Source: Octopus sinensis (lineage: Eukaryota). Taken from it: a DNA stretch of 64,000 bases. The DNA is taken from the NCBI RefSeq assembly GCF_006345805.1, contig NC_043015.1, positions 4,526,001 to 4,590,000 on the forward strand. The letters are read 5' to 3'. Below the pieces are notes generated by a model. That model was not told the DNA's origin. It ran no database searches and saw only the letters and a list, made by a program, of their open reading frames with translations. Shown here piece by piece: positions 52,820-64,000 of this stretch. Numbering within the stretch: position 1 is the stretch's first letter; each line of letters opens with the position of its first letter. Made by a program: the position numbers and the translations under genes.

Positions 52820-55800
52820 GGATACATACACATAAATATTTTAGACCCAAAATTCAAACCTTGTTCCAAAATAAGGAATTCTACGTTTTAGTATAACCTA
52901 CGTATTATGATATATTTTGTTTGGAATGTACAAGAGTATACTGTCACGTGGTAGCAAGTATTGTAGCGTAGTCCGCAGCAAATGTAACTGCAGCCGCAAC
53001 TAGAAATATGTACTATTCATTAATGAAGAATTTTAAATACCGCTGGCTAGTATGATATAACGTATAAACAAGCCGACAATCAGTGCACTTACGAATATAC
53101 CGAATAAAAAACGACTAAAGAAATAATTCACCAGCCACTTATGCATAAACATATAAATGTTTATATATGCCTGTATATAGATGAGTCTTAGATGGATTTT
53201 ATTAGGTAAGTAGACACAAATCTATAGTCAAATGAGATGATGTAGATGAGTTGTTTGAATGGACAACAACAGGTTGCGTAAGTGATTGTTTTATGGAGCG
53301 CATTTAAATAAAATGTTATTAAGTGATAAAACGTGAAAGCGATTCACAGGTGTGGTAAGGATAATCTGACTATTATTCACACGAACATTAGAAATTGAGA
53401 ATCTTTTGCAAAGAACAGAACAAAACTTCGTTAAAATGATGATTGCGAGACATACGCCGCAAATATTGAATAAGCTAAACATGGGAGGTCCTTTCGAAAG
53501 GAGACAAAAATGTGATTCTAGAAAATTTAAATTCAGAATTTACACGCAGCGTGTGCAAAGGAATACTTTTTTCTAGTCTACTTAATGACAAAACATTGCT
53601 TATAGAAAGTAAGGAACAGCCAGTCTTTGAGGTGCTTTTGCTGCAGAGGCCACATAACTATGTTTGAGGTATCAGTGGAAAAAGTTGTCGTTCTCCATGT
53701 AGTCACTCTAATTTTTTGTCTTCTTCATGACTCTGGCTGCAAAAAGTTTTGATTGTCATATTTCTGTGCGCAACTCTGGTGCTGCTCTTAAGGGCTGTTT
53801 ATGTGGCCTCGTCTGGTTATGCATCGCTCAGTTTTGAAGAGATAAAGCAGCAATAATCATATATTTCCTTCCCCACACATAGAGACACGCACAAACAGGG
53901 ACTGATACGCATGTGTGTGTGCATTTGTATGTGTGTGTATGTGCGTGGGTGTATGTATGTGTATGATATATGCATATATTTATGCATTGAATAATAATTT
54001 ACATTATGTTTACTTCCTTCTCAATATCTAAAATTGTGTACCATAATTGTTTATACATTATGCTTTCATAGTTTGATTTTATTAGAAGCTTCGAAGTATA
54101 CAAAGATAGAAACCCTCAGGCTTACTGTATACAGTCAATTTCCTACTCAAGCACCAGCAATACAATATCACAATTTGTAAAATATCACACTACATATATT
54201 GGATAATTTTACAAGGTTTATGCTCTGATAAAAAGACACATTCGATACAATATATCTTATAAAAACAACGATGAACAGAAAAATCGTAACGAAAAATTAT
54301 AAACAATGCATAAAATAAGTAGATAACACGAAACGAAAACCTGTGAATAGCATAAACATAAAATGAATGTCAAAAATTGCGTTAAATGCTAATAATACAG
54401 GTTTTCCCGCCAGATACCCATGTTACGTCTTCACACACGTCCGCCCATCACATCAACGACAGTGCATTATTATATAAATCGGAACGTTATGTATAGTATA
54501 TGACATAAAAATTTATGAATCAAAACTTTGTAATATACGAATAGTGACAGCGAATAAATAAATAGTTTTAAATGAGCATTAATGAGAGTAAATTAGACTG
54601 AATGCAAAATATCACAAGAGTATAGTTGGTATTCTCGTCCACATATTTGAGGGAGACAAGTACCTAAATCAGAGGAATGAACAGTATATGGCAAGTGGCT
54701 TGTCATCGATCTTACTTTTATCAACTGGATATAGTCTTACTGCTAATAATTTTAGTAGGGCGTTATAGATACACACAAGCGTCTTCAAGAAACGCTTTTC
54801 TTTTCGCCTTTACAATAATACTTTGTCTTGGCTTTAACAATAATCTGCGTTTTGTGTATTACGTATATTCCAAAGCTAACTGTACATCTCAAAATTACAA
54901 TTATGCAAAATTTGTTGCACTAGAGCTAAATCACTGCGTCTATTAGCTTACAGTTTGCGATCACAAGGATGGTAAATCTCAGTTTTATATCGTTAGAGTT
55001 TTTCACCTTTACTCTTAATACAGGCATTATTATAGTTACCAGGCGGTTGTTCTATGTCCGCCATTTTTATGTATTTCTCTTCTTTTGAATCATATTTTGC
55101 TGAAACGAATTTTCTTCCTCATTTTGTTTTTGTTCTCTTCAATTTTCTCTAGAGCCTGGATACTTTACATTACGAAAATTACATCTTCCTCATTACACAA
55201 CGATTTAATAACACTTCAGGTTGGTTACCTTAAGAAACGGTTAAACTATTCTCCTTTTTATAGGAATGTGTCTCAGGTGGTATCCTCAACTACTTCAAAT
55301 GATGCGACCACAAATTTCTCTTTAAACATGGCATTTTTTGATCAGATTTGCTTAATCCTTTGCGTCAGACTTTGTTTGTGTATACCTATATGTGTATGTG
55401 TATTTATGCATGTGTTTGTATGTGTGTGTTCGTGTATGTGTATATGTGACTGTGTGTGGTAGCACGATACATTGAAATGATTCTTACCCTACATGTTGAT
55501 ATTGTATTTTTTTTTTTACCTTCTTATATTTGCTTAGCACCTTCACGCCTTTACTTAAGCTTGCAACCGAAGCTATCTATTGTATTCTCGTGTGAAGTGG
55601 TCATAGGTTTCTAACAGTGTACGATAAACGTGTTATTTTCGCAACAACAACATGTGAAAGAAGTCAAACTTTCACGCCCATTCTTAGTGAGATATTCGCA
55701 AATTTCACAGTTCAATTCCTTTTGCACATACTCTGTACCAAAGGGCATGCCAGTGGTTCACATGTTCAGTCTTTATTTCCGGGGTAGCTTCATTCTTTGA

Positions 55801-56561
55801 AAGAGTATGAGGTGGTATCATAATTTTCCACACTTATACAAAAGATTTCTCCAGAAATTCCTGGTCACGTATGTACTAAATGTTGCTTTTGAGTAAATTC
55901 TATAGTTCTGCCAACATTTGAAAAGATAAATATTTCTATCAACCTCTACGACTTGGATGAACTTCTCCTGCTAAGATATATTCTTTCGTCTTTGAAAAGG
56001 AGAGAAAACAAAAAAGAATCTGCGATCTAATTCTTCCTGAGAAGTGTTTTAAATCTAAAAGAATTTTCAGGCTAAGGCTAAATTGAATTTCATTCAAGTT
56101 TATAAAATATTTAAAGCACTTGTCTCTGTTCCAGTGTAGCTGTAATTCTTATCGGAAACTTAAAAAAGAAATATGTGACACGTATTCGAAATTTTTCTTG
56201 TAGTAGTTCTTCAATAAATTGTTCGTTAATTTTGTCTTAAAGTGAATTCTGCAGTGACATTTGAATTAGAATTGTTCTTTTCCTCTTTTTCTCTGTCATA
56301 AATCTTTGATTTCCCTGAAGGTCATATCTGTCAGAAATTTTAAATGTAAAATGTGGTCAAAATTTGTAAGCAAATAAAATAATATCTGTAAAATAAAATC
56401 TTTTTTCACTGCCAATGGTTGCCAGGGCAGACTGTCTTCTGATAATTAAAATCATGTTTTATGATGTTATTTTTAATGGCAATGCTTGAAAATGAAAATG
56501 TTATCAAAGAGTGACGAGAAAAAACATTTCCGCAATTTAATGTCTAAAACTAGCACCAGAG

Positions 56562-56562
<1 letters not shown>

Positions 56563-56622
<60 letters not shown>

Positions 56623-56665
56623 TAATAATAATAACAAAAACAACAACAACAATAATAATAATAAT
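56563..56665. repeat. (AAT)n/(AAC)n microsatellite
   Basis: Directly visible. Confidence 0.95.
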
Positions 56666-56847
56666 GTGTATTGTATTTGACATAATTTTAAATATGGTAA
56701 TGCAGGTGGGTTTCGAAGGCTAAAGCCAATATTTTATAAAGACGGTGCACCTAATTTCTTGATACTTACATGCAAACACAGACCCACACACACGCACACG
56801 TATGCACACGTACATAAAAACATTCATACATAAAAATATGTGAATAC

Positions 56848-56892
<45 letters not shown>

Positions 56893-56907
56893 TTATATAC
56901 AAATATT

Positions 56908-56964
<57 letters not shown>

Positions 56965-56987
56965 ATATATATATATGTATAAATATT

Positions 56988-57027
<40 letters not shown>

Positions 57028-59311
57028 CATTCATATATATATGCATACACACGTATACATACATTCTCACAAGAGTATGCACATTTCACCGTGTCTATTG
57101 TTTATTTGTTTTTGATTTGTTTAATAAATATTTTTGCTTAATTGTTCTTCAACATCAAATGACTCAATGCAATATATATGTGTAGCAGCTGATATTTATG
57201 ATATATTATTTGTCCTAAATATTAAATATTCTAACATTAATTCATTGGTCAACATTTCATTAAAATGGAAATATATATTTTACTGCCTTTAAATAATTTG
57301 AAATATATTCTGTAAATATTTTGTATATTTCCTATACATTCGGTTAATCGTTGTTCTCTTACGCCATAAACGTTGATCATTTTAATAACTCTGATATCTT
57401 GCATTACATTTCAAGTATTCAATTCTTGTTACTGATATTATTCTTCATGCGGTAAGTTATATAACTCACGCTAGTCAGTTGTCCTATATGGCTCTATTGA
57501 CGTTGGGTTGTTTTTTCGCCTCATGCTATTATGACTAAACAATCTTACAACTTTAAGAATTAAGAAGCTCAAGTCATGGGTGTTCAAGAATAATAACTGC
57601 CAAAGTATGTCATAGAATTATTTCCTCTTAAAATGGTATACTGCGGTTTGACTGAGTGTGTATCGTAACATTAAATACAGAGTACATTAGGTGATTTGAG
57701 AGTCATGAAAATTTGGAAGAAAATGTATAACAATATATAATAAAGCATTTATAATAGATATAAATACCAAATATTGGCCTAATGACCGGACTCTGTGAAC
57801 ACAAGGTCCGAAATAAAAATCTATAAAACTCTAGAGCTATATACATACACACTACACACACACACACACACATACCACACGCACACACACACATACACAC
57901 ACCACACACACACACACACTCACATATATATATATACACAAATCAATATGCTTGCACACTTATATATACCGACTACCTACTGTATCAGATTAATGGTGGA
58001 ACTGGAGGCAGATAAGCAATGGTATGCAAGGGACAATGGAAAACTGGAAGTCTAGCTATGGAAAGTTTACTGAGAATTTTCTCATTCTACTCCCTGGAGA
58101 GAAGACGAGAGTGGTTTTCATTCATGTATTTATGGAAGCTACTGGAGTGTCTGCCACCAAAGTTTTTAAATTGTTTTCTATAGCACGACCCGAACAAGAC
58201 GTCACTGCACTGTACCAAATTTTATATACATGTATGAGCATCGAACCGAAAAGGAGAAATCTGCTAGGAATCAGTGGAAGAATTATTTGTTGAATTGAAT
58301 TTTCTTGTTGAGACGAAGCAAATAATTTCTCATTGCATGATTTAAATCTGGCAATATTTAGAAAAAAATAAAAATACAGTAGTTGCTTTTTCTACTGAAG
58401 ACGTCTGATTTTAATCCAATCAAACGTCCTTGTATACCTTTTTATTCTTTAGATTTTTTAATGTTTCATTCTCCAATATGTTTCTAAGCATTGATTCACA
58501 TTCTTAAAATGTAAACTTCTGGGAGAGATATTGATAGAAATACATTAGCGATTCCCTTCGGAACACTCTGTTAATATGTAGCAATTTTTATGGTAAATGA
58601 TGAATTGTACCGAACAATTATTGATTACTTTTGACATCAATATAATTTTCTCGTGTCACTCCATTTATCCCACTGTAATAAACGAATGATGAGACTATCA
58701 CATGATTTAATATCCATAAGCTTCACGAATTACTGCAATATAAATAATGAATGTTTATGTTTGTAGCGAGATGAATTCACGTACGTTCAAGTGTTTTATC
58801 GCCATTCGTCAAAGCGTAATGTGTAAATTCAATCTGAAAATTGTCTGCATACACATAGACTACACAAAGCACGACTGGGAATAGGGTAAATGTTATTCTA
58901 GTTTAGATAGAATTGTTGGTGATATTTATGAGTTTTAATGCAAGCAATAAATTGCTTCCATACAGCGTAAATTTTTAATGATAATAACAGTGGACATTTA
59001 TATTTCTGTTCCTAATTTTTATTCAGAAAGTAATTAGGGTCCGAAATTTAAATACATATTAATTATTTTTCCTTAACATGGATATTGTTAATAAAAACAC
59101 CATTAGTGCAAGAAATACAGTCCCACAAACAAATCTGCACTGCAATCTGACAATAAGTATGTGGATTGAACCGATGTGTCATAGATTATATGTCTGGTAT
59201 ATGATCAATATTTTAGGTAAAACCTAAAGCTATCTGTGCAAGAAAGTTTCCAGTCACAAGAAAACGAAATTTCCGGAATTGAAACACACCGAACATTTAG
59301 AAATATACTTT

Positions 59312-60117
59312 GAGTATACATTGTCTGGGAGACTCTTCTTATAGTAGGAGAAATAGCTAAATTCTCTGGCTGCTATTTCTAAAGTTCCGGTGTGTGGTAA
59401 AGTAATTTGTTTTGCTGAACCCTAACTATATAAATTAATGTTTAAATATACCGTAAATGGTCCTTTTATATACTGAACACTGCTTGGTAAAATTATTAAT
59501 TACTAATTAATTTTAACCGTATTATTATTGACAATATAATTATCTCCCTGATAATAAACTACAGATTCTTCTGTAGGAATTTGTTGCTCTATAACGTACG
59601 TGGGTGGACAGGGGAGGATGCAAAGCCTCATTCATATGTTTTGAATTCGTTAGTACTGGAGTTCGAAAGTGGTTCGTCTGAGGTTACTCAAATCAGACGG
59701 GTATGTTCGATTTTTTGTGCTCTCAAATTTAAATATAACGAAATCTTGGGATGGTGATAGGAATGTTGGAATAGGTATGTATTTCTAGCATCTCTATATC
59801 TAACGAACACAGAAACGCGTTCTCAAGTAATCGATTTACGAGTGATCTTTCGTTATTTTCCCTCTATGCCTACGTGAATTGTTTTCGAGTATACATTTTC
59901 TGGGAGACTCTTCTTATAGTGGGATAAATAGCTAAATTCTTTGGCTGCTATTTCTAAAAGCTCGGTGTGTGGTAAAGTAATTTTTTTTGATGAACCCTAA
60001 TTATATAAAGTAATGTTTAAATATACCGTAAATGGTCCTTTTACATACTGAGCACTGCTTGGTAAAATTATTAATTACTAATTAATTAATTTTACCCTTA
60101 TTGTTATTGACAATATA
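59312..60117. repeat. Two ~230-bp direct repeats (59312-59538, 59887-60117) flanking ~350 bp of unique sequence
   Basis: Period 575 bp, roughly 90% identical by eye; right copy runs into (TA)n. Confidence 0.85.
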
Positions 60118-60124
60118 TATATAC

Positions 60125-60225
<101 letters not shown>

Positions 60226-60897
60226 TATATATATATATATATATACATACATACATACAAACATACATACATACATACATACATACATACATAAATACGT
60301 ACGTTGTGTATTCATAGATTTTTAAACTTTGTAAAGTAGTCTCTAAGAGAACAATATTTTTTGTGTTTCAATTTAATTCAATTGATTTTATAGATGGGAT
60401 ATTTATTGCTGAATACTAATCGATCACACAGTAAGGTTGACTACATCGTACAAATAAAGCCACTTATAAAGCACCTTATTGTAAAGCAATGAGACACCCT
60501 CATTTGTTTATAATATCCAGGTGGTTGTTATTATTAATTAGTTCACAAGCAAGTCAGTGTTATTCAAGTAATTGCGAACACAATTTACCGCTTACAACTT
60601 CCTTCGTTAGCACATGAATAATTAGTTATACACATACCATTCAATCTGTATTCCAGCATAACGTGACGAAAGTATTTAGAATATAATAGATAAATAGAAA
60701 AGAATTTAGAATAGCGGAACATTTCAATTTATATATATACCTTCTACTTCCGAATATAATTTACCTCCAGGAATATATTCTCTAACATAAGATATACAGC
60801 TACTTATTGCTATGTGCAGGTTTTTATCAACCAACGATTATTTTATTCGATAATTCATCCAAAATTAGTAGATATTCTATGTATAAGGAGTGGAGTA

Positions 60898-61262
60898 TAG
60901 GCGCAGGAGTGGCTGTGTGGTAAGTAGCTTGCTAACCAACCACATGGTTCCGGGTTCAGTCCCACTGCGTGGCATCTTGGGCAAGTGTCCTCTGCTATAG
61001 CCCCGGGCCGACCAATGCCTTGTGAGTGGATTTGGTAGACGGAAACTGAAAGAAGCCTGTCGTATATATGTATATATATATGTATGTGTGTGTGTTTGTG
61101 TTTGTCCCCCTAGCATTGCTTGACAACCGATGCTGGTGTGCTTATGTCCCCGTTACTTAGCGGTTCGGCAAAAGAGACCGATAGAATAAGTACTAAAGGC
61201 GGTGCTCCAGCATGGCCGCAGTCAAATGACTGAAACAAGTAAAAGAGTAAAAGGGTAAAGAG
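60898..61262 (+). mobile_element. SINE family A with a 40-bp internal deletion
   Basis: Full head and tail; lacks the 40 nt between two ACTA tetramers present in the 25267-25754 copy. Confidence 0.85.
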
Positions 61263-61335
61263 AGTATAATCTTGTACATCACTCAGATTATGGTAATATA
61301 TAATTGTACGGGCAAGCTGTTTCCCGGACAAGCTG

Positions 61336-62045
61336 TGTGCATGACCTTTCTTATTTGGTGGAGCGATCCGTCTGGTTGATTCCGATAACGAACGATAATC
61401 CGGCCTGCTAACTAGCGCGTCAATTAGTACTTTTCCGGCAGCGCGGCGGCGTCAAAGTCGTCGTCGGTAGCTCCGCACGCACTAGGCTTGCCGTGCCGCC
61501 CCTCGCCTTTGTGTTCGGCCCTGCGGCCGCGGCCGGCTGCCGTCCCCTCGCGCGGCGGTCACGGCGTGGTTGCGGCTTCGCTTGCGGAGAGGCGGCGGTG
61601 ACCCGGTCGGCTCGGCCCGCGCGTGCCGGGTCAGTCGGTTGGCGAACGCAGCGCTTCTTAGAGGGACATGCTGCAGAAAGCCGCACGAGGCGGAGCGATA
61701 ACAGGTCTGTTATGCCCGTAGATATCCGGGGCCGCAAGTGTGCTACACTGGAGGTATCAGTGGGTGCGTCTTCCCCGGCCCGAGATGATCAGGACACCTC
61801 TGGACCACCTCACGTGATAGGGATCGGGGCCTGGAACCAACCTCGCGAACGAGGAATTCCTGGTAGGCGCGGGTCATCAACCCGCGTCGATCACGTCCAT
61901 GCCCTTTGCACACCCCGCCCGTCGCTACTACCGATCGACGGTCCTCGGATCTGGCCGACGAGTCCACTTACACGCGGCGACGTTCTCAGCTGGCCCGGAG
62001 AAGACGACCGAACCCATTCGCTTAGAGGTAGTGAAAGTCGTAACA
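61336..62045 (+). pseudogene. 18S rRNA: 18S rRNA pseudogene (3' third), with long GC-rich V7 expansion
   Basis: Conserved 18S motifs ttggtggagcgat..tccgataacgaacga, cttcttagagggac, aacaggtctgt.atgccc, cgaggaattcct, cgcccgtcgctactaccgat, aaagtcgtaaca; substitutions in invariant motifs; no ITS or 28S follows. Confidence 0.9.
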
Positions 62046-62989
62046 TGATCACTGCTATACACTACTCTTTACAAAAATAGTTCAAATATCTCTAGTTGAC
62101 TTCGTAAGAACGCTTCATTGAAAAACATTAATATTAACTCATATATACGTATCTAAATAACATATCAAAGTATCAAAGTATCATGTATTGACTCGACAAC
62201 TTGTAAACAACCATTTATTATACATGTGAATGCGGCCGAACGCTTCCTGACAGTTTCACTTGGAAATAAAGCGAAACATCATTGGTCTTCATTATTCTAT
62301 TAAATATAAAGAAACACGGCATATGTAACGGCTATGCAGAACGTGGTTGCGCTGGTGATGTCGACGATTGGACATTATACCAGGCCGATGGTTGTGGTAG
62401 AAATGATAGTGACATTGTCTACAAAACAAGCAAATTGTTTTAAAAACGAAGTGCATAAAATGAATGCTGGACACACTCGATAATTCAATATAAAACACCG
62501 TGTTTGAATGCAAGCCAGGATCATTATAGTTGTAACACCTCGGATCAGAGTCTTGCTTGATCTTTCTACACCTTGGGCTAAATAGCAGCAACAACTCTTG
62601 ATTTTCTTATACAATTATTAGAAAAGGAAGAAGCTAGCATGATGGCCTTTCTATTTGTAATAACTAACACTGCAATTACCTTTCTCCAATGTCATTGCTG
62701 AAGAAATATATAATCATGCATGTTCCCCAATGCAATCTCTGATATCACACGGAGTCGATCAATTCTTACGGATTAAGTTTCTTACACACAGACCATATTT
62801 CGTATGACAGACAAAGCTGGAAATATTCCAGTTTTAAGAATATATTCTTCAAAGAAAATGTTAGTCAATAATGTGATATAATGCTGTACTTTGTGCTTTG
62901 ATGTGTTCAGCAGAGCTGGCTATTGAAGAATCATCTCCGCATGACAATTATTAACAAGCTTATCGGAAATATGGCTATTGACAGAGTTG

Positions 62990-62992
62990 TTG

Positions 62993-63091
<99 letters not shown>

Positions 63092-63168
63092 TTAACAACA
63101 ACAACAACAATAATAATGATGATAATAATAATAATAATAATATTAATAATAATGATAATAATAATAAT

Positions 63169-63225
<57 letters not shown>

Positions 63226-63231
63226 AGTAAT

Positions 63232-63262
<31 letters not shown>

Positions 63263-63353
63263 ACAACAACAACAACAATAATAATGATGATAATAATAAT
63301 AATAATAATATTAATAATAATGATAATAATAATAATATTAATAATAATAATAT

Positions 63354-63391
<38 letters not shown>

Positions 63392-63470
63392 AGTAATATT
63401 AATAATAATAATAATATAATAATAATAATATTGATGATATTGTTGATGATGATTATGATGATAATAATAA
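62990..63470. repeat. (TTA)n/(TAA)n tract with higher-order 168-bp duplication
   Basis: attaacaacaacaacaacaataataatgatgat at 63091 and 63259. Confidence 0.9.
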
Positions 63471-64000
63471 ATCGTTGTTATTGTTATTATCTCCATCATA
63501 TATGTATTTAATTTGCTTTTATTTTGCTTTTAATAATAATATACTGCCACAAGAACATCCTCATATCTAACAACATCATTGTCGTCATTATCGTTGTGAT
63601 CACCAGCAGGCAGCAACTGCGAAATCCTCAATATTTGCATTGCAACGTTAAAAAAAAAACGACATTTTTCTATTATAATTTATGAAATAAATCTTCTTCT
63701 AGAGTTGTACATGTGTATGTGCGCTTTCATATGAGGGGATTAGTTTGTGCACGCGTATATAGGTTATGATTTGATGAATGATTCAAATGTACTAAGGTAT
63801 GGATGTGTGCCATTGACGGATTGGGTGTCAAGCTACATTAAGTAATATACCTGCGCGTTTAAAAAAATAATAAACTGACAGACAATTGAATAAGAGGGAA
63901 TATATTACATTTGATATGAAGTGAGACACTTATTATGTTAGTTAAGATATTTCAGGTTTTGAAATTAATGGAATGTGAATATAAATAATACGTTAAAATA

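Noticed and set aside
53205-53482. Signal-peptide-like ORF and nearby GTAAGT donors
   Set aside because: In-frame stops on the plus strand, no consistent exon boundaries, no homology
58390-58430. CTGAAGA followed by a hairpin
   Set aside because: No GAAA or helix III follows
61420-62080. GC-rich ORFs (195 aa plus strand, 105 and 74 aa minus strand)
   Set aside because: Incidental frames over the 18S pseudogene

Overview
AT-rich, microsatellite-dense animal DNA, most likely a cephalopod (Octopus-like SINE families and an 18S fragment with a cephalopod-type V7 expansion; the taxon is inferred). No confidently identifiable host protein-coding gene; most listed ORFs are microsatellite translations. 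The window is mostly mobile-element debris: about seven R4/Dong-like non-LTR relics often abutting (TAA)n, RTE relics, a decayed mariner, a non-autonomous Helitron, MITEs, tRNA-derived SINEs, Penelope-like (PLE) relics and an 18S rRNA pseudogene. The main signal is hidden RNA structure. A 6-copy tandem array of ~403-bp units (37733-40179) carries an intact minimal type I hammerhead ribozyme in every unit, the architecture of a non-LTR retrozyme. A related hammerhead family forms a 491-bp direct repeat plus a 415-bp fold-back (19501-20760). A 122-bp palindrome carries a hammerhead on each strand (52032-52153), and three more degenerate hammerheads are present. All have self-complementary helix III sequences, as expected for dimer-acting hammerheads. 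Folds were parsed by eye and activity is untested.
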